NCBI GenBank assembly: GCA_002937855.1
Contig: PTKS01000001.1
Span: 7,079-71,078, forward strand
Length of the DNA: 64,000 nucleotides
From: Alphaproteobacteria bacterium MarineAlpha5_Bin12
GTDB taxonomy: Bacteria > Pseudomonadota > Alphaproteobacteria > HIMB59 > GCA-002718135
Direction of reading: 5' to 3'
Of the stretch, positions 40,220 through 48,669 are shown in pieces. Position 1 is the first letter of the stretch. Each line of letters opens with the position of its first letter. The translations under genes and the position numbers were made by a program. Under the pieces are notes generated by a model. The model was not told the origin of the DNA. It searched no databases and saw only the letters and a program-made list of their open reading frames with translations.

Positions 40220-40432
40220 AAATTCCTCCTTAAAATCGCATACTAAGATATCCTTAATAAAAAAGTTATCACAGTAGGGAATTGAAAACAATTAAAAATT
40301 TTAACAATTAGTATAACTAATTATTAACAATAATTTGAAAATTGCTATTAAAAACTACAATTTATCTAATTTAATTTGATTTTTTTAATAGAAAGTGTGA
40401 GTATTTGGTCTTATTACATTTTTGTTAATAAA

Positions 40433-41182
40433 ATGAATGATGTCTTAAAATTAAAAAATATTTCAAAAAATTTTGGAGGGGTTGAGGCTTTAGCAGGTAT
40501 TGATTTAAATTTGTCAAAGGGTGAGTGTCTGGGTTTAATGGGAGATAATGGGGCAGGAAAATCTACATTAATCAAAATTATAGCTGGAAATTATTTACCT
40601 TCAGGAGGAAAAATATTTTTAAACGAAAATGAAGTTATATTTAACAAGCCTGTGGACGCACAACAAAAAGGCATAGAAGTAGTTTATCAAGATCTTGCGT
40701 TGTGCGATAATCTTAGAGCTTATGAAAATGTTTATTTAGGAAGATGGCTAGTAAAATTCAAAATTGGTCCATTTAGTTTTGTTGACTTTAAGAAAATGAA
40801 AGAAGAATCAAAAAATCTATTTAAAGAACTCAAATCAGATACTAGGTCCAATCAACTTGTCAAAACATTGTCTGGTGGACAAAAACAGGCTGTAGCTTTA
40901 TCTCGAACAAGATTATCTAATCCTGATATAGTTTTGATGGATGAGCCCACAGCTGCAATTAGCATAAAACAAGTTAAAGAAGTATTACAATATATTTTAA
41001 AACTTAAAGAAAAAAATATTGCAATAATTTTAATCAGTCACAGAATGATGGATGTATTTGAAGTTTGTGATAGAGTGATGGTATTAAGAAGAGGTTCGAA
41101 AGTATCTGACAAAAAAATCACAAACACTAACCCAGAAGAAGTTACTGGTTTAATAACAGGTGCTATAGATACCTCTTTTTAG
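40433..41182 (+). CDS. Sugar-type ABC transporter ATPase (single nucleotide-binding domain)
   Basis: GDNGAGKST, VYQDLALCDNL, LSGGQKQ, MDEPTAA, ISH; start set at MNDVLK. Confidence 0.92.
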   Translation: MNDVLKLKNISKNFGGVEALAGIDLNLSKGECLGLMGDNGAGKSTLIKIIAGNYLPSGGKIFLNENEVIFNKPVDAQQKGIEVVYQDLALCDNLRAYENVYLGRWLVKFKIGPFSFVDFKKMKEESKNLFKELKSDTRSNQLVKTLSGGQKQAVALSRTRLSNPDIVLMDEPTAAISIKQVKEVLQYILKLKEKNIAIILISHRMMDVFEVCDRVMVLRRGSKVSDKKITNTNPEEVTGLITGAIDTSF

Positions 41183-41223
41183 TTTTTGCTGGTTTTTTTG
41201 TAAGGAAATAGTATATTAAAAAA

Positions 41224-42030
41224 ATGAACAACAAACCGCTAAAAATTATGTATCTAAGTCCCGTAGGAGTAGATAGCTTAGATGGACTTTTTGCTGAAAT
41301 GGTTAAGGACAGTAAGGATCCTGATACAGAAGTTCATATCACATCTTTAAAAGAAGATAATGGAAGTTTTTCACATATTGAATTTAGATCTTATGAAGCT
41401 ATGGCGACTTCTGGAATTATTAATGCAACTGTCAGTGCAGCAAAAGAAGGATTTGATGCTTTAGCAATTGGGTGCTTTTATGATACTGCATTGCATGATT
41501 CTAGAGAAGTATCTGGAGATATGGTAGTAGTTGCCCCATGTCACTCTTCTTGTGAAATTGCTCTAAGTTTGGCAAATAATTTTGGAATTATTGTTGGCCG
41601 TAGGAAATGGGTTCATCAAATGAAAGGTAATGTAATTGAATATGGATATGCAGATAAACTTGCTGGCTTTTATGATGTGGGATTAGGTGTGGATGACTTT
41701 CAGGTAGATCATCAAAGAACAGTTAACCTTCTAATTGATGCTGCAAAAAAAGCTGTAGATAAAGATTATGCCGAGTCAATTATATTAGGTTGTACTGCTG
41801 AATTTGGTTTTTATAAAACTTTGCAAGAAGAAATTGGAGTGCCTGTTATTGATCCTTCTTTAGCTGCATTAAAAAAAGCGGAGCATCATGCCAATTTAAA
41901 AAGAAAATTTAATTTAATTCCTAGTAGAAAATGGAGTTGTGAATCACCAACAAAAAAAGAAATTGAAAAATTTAATATGTTTCATGACACAGAGCCCTTT
42001 GGCAATAGAATAGTGATTCCAGCAAATTAG
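41224..42030 (+). CDS. Hydantoin racemase / Asp-Glu racemase family protein
   Basis: Two catalytic-Cys motifs IGCFYD and ILGCT; GVPVIDP. Confidence 0.88.
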   Translation: MNNKPLKIMYLSPVGVDSLDGLFAEMVKDSKDPDTEVHITSLKEDNGSFSHIEFRSYEAMATSGIINATVSAAKEGFDALAIGCFYDTALHDSREVSGDMVVVAPCHSSCEIALSLANNFGIIVGRRKWVHQMKGNVIEYGYADKLAGFYDVGLGVDDFQVDHQRTVNLLIDAAKKAVDKDYAESIILGCTAEFGFYKTLQEEIGVPVIDPSLAALKKAEHHANLKRKFNLIPSRKWSCESPTKKEIEKFNMFHDTEPFGNRIVIPAN

Positions 42031-42057
42031 TTTTGATTAAAAAAATATTTTTTTTGA

Positions 42058-42133
42058 TGGTGGCCCCGATTGGAATTGAACCAATGACACAAGGATTTTC
42101 AGTCCTTTGCTCTACCAACTGAGCTACAGGGCC
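42058..42133 (-). tRNA. tRNA-Phe(GAA)
   Basis: Reverse complement GGCCCTGTAGCTCAGTTGGTAGAGCAAAGGACTGAAAATCCTTGTGTCATTGGTTCAATTCCAATCGGGGCCACCA folds as a cloverleaf with encoded CCA. Confidence 0.97.
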
Positions 42134-42202
42134 AATAAAAAGATTTTGATAGATATATTTTACTATTATTTCAACAAATATTATTAATTTAGTTAATTAT
42201 TT

Positions 42203-42358
42203 TTATATTCCTTTGTCTTCTGTAACGAAATACTTCCCATTTAACCATTTTAATAAATCTATATCACCACATTTTTTTGAGCAAAATGGCACATATTCTT
42301 TTGTTTTCAAAATTTGCTTGCCACAAATCGGGCATTTTAATTTTTTATTTTTTTTCAT
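42203..42358 (-). CDS. yacG: DNA gyrase inhibitor YacG (51 aa, absent from the ORF track)
   Basis: Manual translation MKKNKKLKCPICGKQILKTKEYVPFCSKKCGDIDLLKWLNGKY..; zinc-finger pattern CxxC..PFCSxxC..DL..W; lies between infA and tRNA-Phe. Confidence 0.9.
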   Translation of the reverse strand: MKKNKKLKCPICGKQILKTKEYVPFCSKKCGDIDLLKWLNGKYFVTEDKGI

Positions 42359-42362
42359 AGAT

Positions 42363-42581
42363 TTATTTATGTCTAAAAGTAATCCTTCCTTTAGTTAAAT
42401 CATAGGGGGTCATCTCAACTGTAACTTTATCACCTGCTAATACTCTAATTCGATTTTTTCTCATTTTACCCGAAGTGTGAGCTAACACTTCATGATTATT
42501 TTCTAGTTTTACTTTAAACATTGCGTTCGGGAGAAGCTCTTTTACTACTCCTTCAAATTCTATAGATCCTTCTTTTGGCAT
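42363..42581 (-). CDS. infA: Translation initiation factor IF-1
   Basis: [32 protein letters not shown]. Confidence 0.98.
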   Translation of the reverse strand: MPKEGSIEFEGVVKELLPNAMFKVKLENNHEVLAHTSGKMRKNRIRVLAGDKVTVEMTPYDLTKGRITFRHK

Positions 42582-42606
42582 ATAATCTCCTAAACTTTAA
42601 TTATAA

Positions 42607-43893
42607 TTAATTTTCTCTTATTTTAACAGATAATTTATGAGCATACAAACCTTCAGCTTCTGCCATCTGCTGCGTATAAGTAGATAGTTTCTTAAATCCT
42701 TTTTTTGTAATTCTTATCGCTGAGTTTCTTTTCATAAAATCTAATACACCTAGACCAGAAGAAAAACGTGCTGAACCACTAGTTGGTAGAACGTGGTTTG
42801 TACCAGCTATATAATCTCCGAATGACTCAGTAGAATAAGAACCAAAAAATACTGCGCCTGCATTTGTAACTCTCTTATAAATATATTCATTTATAGAAGT
42901 TTGTAAATGTAGATGCTCTGGAGAAATTTCATTAACATATTTATAAGAATTTTTTATTGATTTAATTACTATTATTACTCCAAAATTTTCTAGACTTTGA
43001 TTTATAGTTTTTTTCTTAATTTGATTTTTTGTTAATCTCTTAATAGATTCTTTTACTTTACTTGCAAAATTTAGATTATCAGTAATTAATATAGATTGAG
43101 ACTTTTCATCATGTTCTGCTTGAGCAATTAAATCACTCGCTATCCAGTCAGGTTTATTTTTTTTATCTGCTACAACCACAATTTCTGAAGGGCCCGCAAT
43201 GGTATCTATTCCAGATTTTCCAAAAATTTGTTTTTTTGCTGTGCTTACATATATATTTCCTGGCCCAAATATTTTACTTACTGGTTTAATTGACTCTGTC
43301 CCGTAAGACATAGCAGCAATTGCATGCGCACCACCTATTTGATACACTTCCTTTATTTTAAATAATTTTAAAATTGCCATAATATATGGATTAAATTTAC
43401 CCTTTTGACTTGGCGTTGTAACAACTATCCTTTTTACACCAGCGATTTTTGCAGGTATAAGACTCATTATTAATGAAGATGGATAACTAGCTTTGCCTCC
43501 CGGAACATAAATTCCAACAGAGTCAATTGGAGTCCATCTTTGAGATAGGCTTATACCTTTTTCTTTACTAGTAAAATTTTTAGGATATTGTTTTAAATGA
43601 TATTTATTAATTCTTTTAACTGCAATTTTAAAACTTTTTAATATTTTAGGATCTATATTTTTAGAATATTGACTTATTTTTTTTGAATTTAATAATATAT
43701 CTTTCTTTTCAATCGTATTCTTATCAAATTTTTTTATTGAATAAATTAATGAAGTATCTCCATATTTTTTTACATCGTTAATAATTTTTTTTACCTTAAT
43801 TTCTATATTTTTGTTTACAGCGTCTATACGTTTATTTATCAATTTTTTAAAAATTAAATCAAAATTTCTAGATTTTTCTTTTATTATTTTCAT
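42607..43893 (-). CDS. hisD: Histidinol dehydrogenase
   Basis: GIYVPGG, GPGN, AGPSE, AQAEHD, PEHL, GDYIAGTNHVLPT. Confidence 0.96.
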   Translation of the reverse strand: MKIIKEKSRNFDLIFKKLINKRIDAVNKNIEIKVKKIINDVKKYGDTSLIYSIKKFDKNTIEKKDILLNSKKISQYSKNIDPKILKSFKIAVKRINKYHLKQYPKNFTSKEKGISLSQRWTPIDSVGIYVPGGKASYPSSLIMSLIPAKIAGVKRIVVTTPSQKGKFNPYIMAILKLFKIKEVYQIGGAHAIAAMSYGTESIKPVSKIFGPGNIYVSTAKKQIFGKSGIDTIAGPSEIVVVADKKNKPDWIASDLIAQAEHDEKSQSILITDNLNFASKVKESIKRLTKNQIKKKTINQSLENFGVIIVIKSIKNSYKYVNEISPEHLHLQTSINEYIYKRVTNAGAVFFGSYSTESFGDYIAGTNHVLPTSGSARFSSGLGVLDFMKRNSAIRITKKGFKKLSTYTQQMAEAEGLYAHKLSVKIREN

Positions 43894-43897
43894 AATT

Positions 43898-44542
43898 TTA
43901 ATTTTCAAATTTCTTAATTATTTTGTTAATTTCAAGATTTGTTTTTAATGCAGATCTATTAACTATTAATTTTGATGTAACATTGAAAATTTTTTCAACT
44001 TCAATCAAACCATTTTCTTTTAAAGTTTTACCTGTTGAAACTAAATCTACGATCCTTCTACACATTTTTAAGGCTGGGGCTAACTCCATTGATCCATTTA
44101 ATTTAATTGTTTCAACTTGAATGCCTCTTTTTGCAAAGTGTTTTTTTGTTAAATTTGGATATTTTGTTGCTACTCGTATATTACTCCAGGATTTTGGTTT
44201 TTCCTTTACTAAAAGTGATTTTAAAGCAGCTACTGATAAATGACATTTACCAATATTTAATTTAATTGGTGAATATATTTCTGAATAATCAAATTCTTCT
44301 ATTACATCACTACCAGCAATACCTATGTGAGCTGCACCAAAAGCAACAAAAGTACAAACATCAAAAGCTCTAACTTTTATAAAATCTATGCTAGGATCAC
44401 TGCTTTTAAACCTAAGCTTTCTACATGACTCATCAAATAGAGACTTATCAGGATTAAGTTTAATTTTTTTAAAAAAAATTCTTAATTCAGATAAAATTCT
44501 TCCTCTAGGAACAGCTATAATAATTTTATTATGTTTTTTCAT
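43898..44542 (-). CDS. hisG: ATP phosphoribosyltransferase, short form
   Basis: PRGRI, GIAGSDV, RVATKYP, LNGSMELAP, DLVSTGKTL; no C-terminal regulatory domain. Confidence 0.95.
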   Translation of the reverse strand: MKKHNKIIIAVPRGRILSELRIFFKKIKLNPDKSLFDESCRKLRFKSSDPSIDFIKVRAFDVCTFVAFGAAHIGIAGSDVIEEFDYSEIYSPIKLNIGKCHLSVAALKSLLVKEKPKSWSNIRVATKYPNLTKKHFAKRGIQVETIKLNGSMELAPALKMCRRIVDLVSTGKTLKENGLIEVEKIFNVTSKLIVNRSALKTNLEINKIIKKFEN

Positions 44543-44625
44543 AACTCGATGGCGTTTTACATACCTTCTTAAAAAGTTCTAGTAAAATCGATTAATTCTT
44601 TATTCTGCTTAAAAAATTCTCATTT

Positions 44626-45882
44626 TTAATCAATTCTTTTGATATTTGCACCACAAGGATTCAATTTATTTTCTATTTTTTCGTATCCTCTATCTAAATG
44701 ATAAATTCTATCAATTTGAGTTTCACCATTTGCTACTAAACCAGCAAGAACAAGACTAACGCTAGCTCTGAGATCACTTGCCATTATTTGTGCTCCTATT
44801 AGTTTTTCTACCCCTTCAATTTTACAATTTTGATTTTTAACAAAAATTTTTGCTCCTAAACGATTAAGTTCACTAACGTGCATAAATCTATTTTCAAAAA
44901 CACTTTCTTCGATATAAGATTTTCCTTTAATTAGAGAAAATAAACACATAAATTGAGCTTGTAGATCAGTTGGAAAACCTGGATATGGTTTAGTTTTTAT
45001 TTTACTTGAAACCAACTTACTATTTTTGCCATCAACAATAATGTAATTTTTTTGTATTTTTATTTTCGCTCCCATTTTCTTTAAAACTTTTAGAGGGGTT
45101 TGCAGGTGCTCAATAATAATGTTATTAATTCTCAATTTTCCTTTTGTAATTAATGCGCCTACAATAAATGTTCCTGCTTCTATACGATCAGGAATAATGG
45201 AATATTTTACAGATTTTAGCTTTTTTACACCTTTTATTATTATATTTTTTTTTCCTATACCTTTAATATTTGCTCCCATCATATTTAAAAAATTACATAG
45301 ATCTTGCACTTCAGGTTCTTTTGCTGCATTTTTTATGACAGTTTTACCTTTGGCTAAAATTGAAGCTAGTAATAAGTTTTCTGTAGCGCCAACACTTACC
45401 CTTGGTAGTTCAATAGTATTTCCTCTCAAACCATTTGGTGCTTTTGCGATTACATAACCATCTTTTATTGAAATTTTTGCTCCTAATTTTTTTAAACCAT
45501 ATAAATGATAATTTATTGGCCTAGTACCTATAGCACACCCACCAGGTAAAGAAACTATTGCATTTTGATTTCTGGATAATAAAGGTCCCAAAACAAGAAT
45601 GGAAGCTCTCATTTTTTTTACCAGATTATACTCTGCCTTATGATTTTTTAAATTTGAGCAATTTATAGTTATATATGATTTTTTTTTATTTATTTTTGCT
45701 CCTAAACTTTCAAGTAAATTAATCATACTATTAACATCTGCTAAATTAGGTATATTCTTTAGAAGGCATTTATCATTTAATAATAATGATGCCGCCATTA
45801 TAGGTAATGCTGAATTTTTTGATCCACTAACTTCAATAATTCCCTTTAAGGGCGAACTTTTTCTTATCAATAGTTTTTTCAC
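44626..45882 (-). CDS. murA: UDP-N-acetylglucosamine 1-carboxyvinyltransferase
   Basis: GSKNSALP, MRAS, LPGGCAIGTRP, PGFPTDLQAQ, HLDRGYE; GTG start. Confidence 0.97.
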   Translation of the reverse strand: MKKLLIRKSSPLKGIIEVSGSKNSALPIMAASLLLNDKCLLKNIPNLADVNSMINLLESLGAKINKKKSYITINCSNLKNHKAEYNLVKKMRASILVLGPLLSRNQNAIVSLPGGCAIGTRPINYHLYGLKKLGAKISIKDGYVIAKAPNGLRGNTIELPRVSVGATENLLLASILAKGKTVIKNAAKEPEVQDLCNFLNMMGANIKGIGKKNIIIKGVKKLKSVKYSIIPDRIEAGTFIVGALITKGKLRINNIIIEHLQTPLKVLKKMGAKIKIQKNYIIVDGKNSKLVSSKIKTKPYPGFPTDLQAQFMCLFSLIKGKSYIEESVFENRFMHVSELNRLGAKIFVKNQNCKIEGVEKLIGAQIMASDLRASVSLVLAGLVANGETQIDRIYHLDRGYEKIENKLNPCGANIKRID

Positions 45883-46001
45883 AATGTATTTTTTTTCTTC
45901 TTTCTCTTTTGAATATTTAGTTTTAACTGTTTAGCAAGTTTTTCAAGCTTTTTTTCCCTAAGTGAATCTTTGTATAGTTTTAAATTTTTTTTAACTTTCA
46001 T
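45879..46001 (-). CDS. Small basic protein (40 aa) coupled to murA, absent from the ORF track
   Basis: MKVKKNLKLYKDSLREKKLEKLAKQLKLNIQKRKKKKNTL; its TGA overlaps the murA GTG (GTGA). Confidence 0.6.
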   Translation of the reverse strand: MKVKKNLKLYKDSLREKKLEKLAKQLKLNIQKRKKKKNTL

Positions 46002-46071
46002 ATTTTATTATTTATCTATAACAAAATTCAATATATGTTTAAATATATATAATTTTAATTAGTGAGGAATT

Positions 46072-46278
46072 ATGGATGAAGATCATTTAAATATAGAAAT
46101 TAGAAGATTTTTAAAAAAAGTTGGTATCTCTTCCCAAAGAATAATAGAAAATGAGATATATCAAGCAGAAAAAAGTAAAAAAATACAAATGGGAGATGAA
46201 ATTAAGTTGGAGATGGAGTTAAAGATTGTAAATACTAATTCTATAAATAAAATAAGCGGAAATATTATTATAAAATAA
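46072..46278 (+). CDS. Small conserved hypothetical protein (DUF6494-like)
   Basis: IRRFLKKVGISSQRIIE motif; GAGG RBS. Confidence 0.7.
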   Translation: MDEDHLNIEIRRFLKKVGISSQRIIENEIYQAEKSKKIQMGDEIKLEMELKIVNTNSINKISGNIIIK

Positions 46279-46289
46279 TTTAAAAATTT

Positions 46290-47456
46290 TTATTCAAATA
46301 AAAACATATAACTATAAGCAATTATTATTGCTGGAAATGCACTATAAATTGTCGCTATTATTGCGGCCTTTGGCGCAAGTACTATTGCTGGAAATAGCGC
46401 ATCGCCATCATTTGAGATAGCATTTCCAATTTCTGCAGATAGAGGAATATATCCATTTAAATAAAAAGTAGCTACAAGTATTTGGGGGCCACATCCCGGT
46501 AAAAAACCAAATAATATTGCTACGATAGGAATAAGTGGGAGCCAAATATCAAAAAACATTTTTAAATCTACATTTGTAAACAATATAAACAATTCAAAAA
46601 ATAAAAATCCAACTATTACCCAAGTTGTAACAAAGTTTGTCGTATCAATTACTCTTGAAATAAAGCCTCGTGATTTATCAGTTGAAAGTTGAAAATCACT
46701 TAAAGGATTTAGAGACCACATTATTAATGATAAATATGCACCTGAAAGGCCAAATAAAGAAGTTAAAGTTAGATCAAGAGGTAGATTATAAAATGAATCA
46801 ATTTCAATTTGAAAAGCTTTAAAAAACCCAATAATTAAGCCGGGCAGAAAAATTAATAGCCAAATTATGTTTAATTTAGAAACAAATGTTTTTTTAATAT
46901 TTTCTTTCTTTGAAGAACTAATAAAAGTTTTAGATCTTAAAAACCCTTCTCCATGAATATAATCTATTATATAACCTGAAATAGTCCCTGCAAATAATGC
47001 CACAGCAAAAATTAATAATCCGGTATAAGGTTCAATAGCTAATAATAGAAAAGCTGCATCGCCCATAGTTGCTGTTAAAACTGCTACTAAAGATCCAAAA
47101 CTTATTCTTCCTTGTATATATTGAGTGACAATTATTACTGCACCACCACATCCAGGTAATGATCCAAGAAATGAAGCTATTGGAACATGTATTTTTTTTG
47201 TTTTTTTTAAAAATTCATTCGTCTTAAAACTTGTTATAGAATCTAGTCCAATAAAAATGAAAAGAGTAAAACCAACAAATACGCTTACCTGCAAATAAGC
47301 ATCAACCATAGATTGATGCACTACTTCACCCAATTGACCAGGTTGAGCTGCTAATAATAAAATTAAAGAAGCAAAAATCAATTTTTTTAATAAACGAGCA
47401 TCATTAGCAAATATACTATGTTTTTGTTTATATATAGCTTCTATAATTTGATTCAT
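46290..47456 (-). CDS. Putative manganese transporter (DUF2899-like)
   Basis: Duplicated LPGCG motifs, TATMGDAAF and AISNDGDALFP; divergent from mntR with an MntR box. Confidence 0.85.
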   Translation of the reverse strand: MNQIIEAIYKQKHSIFANDARLLKKLIFASLILLLAAQPGQLGEVVHQSMVDAYLQVSVFVGFTLFIFIGLDSITSFKTNEFLKKTKKIHVPIASFLGSLPGCGGAVIIVTQYIQGRISFGSLVAVLTATMGDAAFLLLAIEPYTGLLIFAVALFAGTISGYIIDYIHGEGFLRSKTFISSSKKENIKKTFVSKLNIIWLLIFLPGLIIGFFKAFQIEIDSFYNLPLDLTLTSLFGLSGAYLSLIMWSLNPLSDFQLSTDKSRGFISRVIDTTNFVTTWVIVGFLFFELFILFTNVDLKMFFDIWLPLIPIVAILFGFLPGCGPQILVATFYLNGYIPLSAEIGNAISNDGDALFPAIVLAPKAAIIATIYSAFPAIIIAYSYMFLFE

Positions 47457-47475
47457 TTTTGCAGTTATAGCTATT

Positions 47476-47497
47476 AAATGTAGCTATGGCTACATTT
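47476..47497. promoter_or_regulatory. MntR operator
   Basis: AAATGTAGC-TATG-GCTACATTT, perfect 9-4-9 palindrome resembling the enteric MntR box (AAACATAGC-N4-GCTATGTTT), 20 nt upstream of the transporter ATG. Confidence 0.85.
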
Positions 47498-47560
47498 TTT
47501 TTGATTAAATTGTTAAAAAATCTACCTTTTCATATATTTTTAGTGTAATAAATTTTCATA

Positions 47561-47974
47561 ATGAAAAAAACTGACAAAAAATTAAATTCATTCCGTAATG
47601 CTAGAAATAGTCATGTTAATGAAAATGCTGAAGATTATTTAGAAATCGTTAATGATTTGATACAGGAAAAAGGAGAAGCAAGAATTGTTGATATATCAAA
47701 TAATTTAGACATTGCCCAAGCAACAGCAAATAAAACCGTAAAGAGATTAATAGCAAGTGGTTATTTATATAAAGAACCCTATCGTTCAGTATTTTTAACT
47801 ATAAAGGGTCAAAAACTTGCCATAAATTCAAAAAAACGTCACAAATTAGTTTATGAATTTTTAAGAAAAATTGGAGTAAGCAAAAAAAATGCAACGATCG
47901 ATTCAGAGGGAATTGAACATCATGTAAGTAATGAAACTTTAGATGCGTTTAAAAGAATTATAAAAAATGATTAG
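47561..47974 (+). CDS. mntR: Manganese-responsive DtxR-family regulator
   Basis: AEDYLE, EARIVDI, PYRSVFLT, RH, DSEGIEHHVS. Confidence 0.92.
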   Translation: MKKTDKKLNSFRNARNSHVNENAEDYLEIVNDLIQEKGEARIVDISNNLDIAQATANKTVKRLIASGYLYKEPYRSVFLTIKGQKLAINSKKRHKLVYEFLRKIGVSKKNATIDSEGIEHHVSNETLDAFKRIIKND

Positions 47975-48003
47975 GTGAACTGCCATAAATGACAGCTCAC
48001 CTA
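47972..48003. terminator. Stem-loop right after mntR (possibly bidirectional terminator)
   Basis: TAGGTGAACTGCCA-TAAA-TGACAGCTCACCTA; both plus-strand mismatches become G-U pairs on the minus strand. Confidence 0.6.
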
Positions 48004-48008
48004 TTTTG

Positions 48009-48087
48009 ACAACATATTAGTCACTATGATGGTAGGATTCCATAATGCGCGTATAATATTTTCATAGCCCCTTATATTATATGTTGT
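48009..48087. ncRNA. Candidate structured small RNA or leader
   Basis: Nested stems ACAACATAT/ATATGTTGT, CTATGA/TCATAG and TGG/CCA in an intergenic region next to a terminator-like hairpin. Confidence 0.3.
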
Positions 48088-48206
48088 AAAACCTAGAAAA
48101 ACAGAAAATAATTCTTTTTTCAAGTAAATAATCATGTATAGTAGCAAATATTTTTAAATATTATGAAAAAGAAGAAATATTTTCTTTTAAAATTGTATTA
48201 ACCAGA

Positions 48207-48668
48207 ATGGATTTAATAGATAAAAAAATACTATCTTTGCTTCAAAGAGATGCTTCATTGCCTTTAACTACTATTGCTAAAAAAGTAGGTTTATCAACTA
48301 CGCCATGTTTTAATAGAATAAAAAAGCTTGAAGAAGATGGTGTTATTAAGAAAAAAGTAGCAATTATAGACAATAGAAAAATAGATCTGCCAGTTATTGT
48401 CTATCTTTCAATAAATGTTGCAAAACATACAAAAGAATGGCTAGACACTTTCACTAATCAAGTTACAAGTTTTGATGAAGTTGTAGAAATGTATAGAATA
48501 AATGGAGATACAGATTATCTAATAAAAGTTGTAGTCCAATCGATAGAGGCATATGATAATTTTAGTCAACGATTAATTAGTGAGATAAGTTTTAGAAGTT
48601 TAAAATCAAATATAGTTTTGAAAGAAATTAAAAATACTACTATGCTTCCTCTAAATCATATTGAATAA
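48207..48668 (+). CDS. Lrp/AsnC family transcriptional regulator
   Basis: DLIDKKIL..LQRDA, VGLSTTPCFNRIKKLEEDGVI, GDTDYLIKV. Confidence 0.93.
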   Translation: MDLIDKKILSLLQRDASLPLTTIAKKVGLSTTPCFNRIKKLEEDGVIKKKVAIIDNRKIDLPVIVYLSINVAKHTKEWLDTFTNQVTSFDEVVEMYRINGDTDYLIKVVVQSIEAYDNFSQRLISEISFRSLKSNIVLKEIKNTTMLPLNHIE

Positions 48669-48669
48669 T

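Noticed and set aside
42213-42398. Plus-strand 61-aa ORF from the track
   Set aside because: Antisense to the yacG zinc-finger gene found manually on the minus strand.
44543-44625. Possible small gene in the murA-hisG gap
   Set aside because: The ATG at 44623 hits a stop after four codons.
48009-48060. Purine-riboswitch-like words (TATGG, CTACC, GACTA) on the minus strand
   Set aside because: Spacing leaves no room for the P2 and P3 stems, and no gene lies downstream in that orientation.
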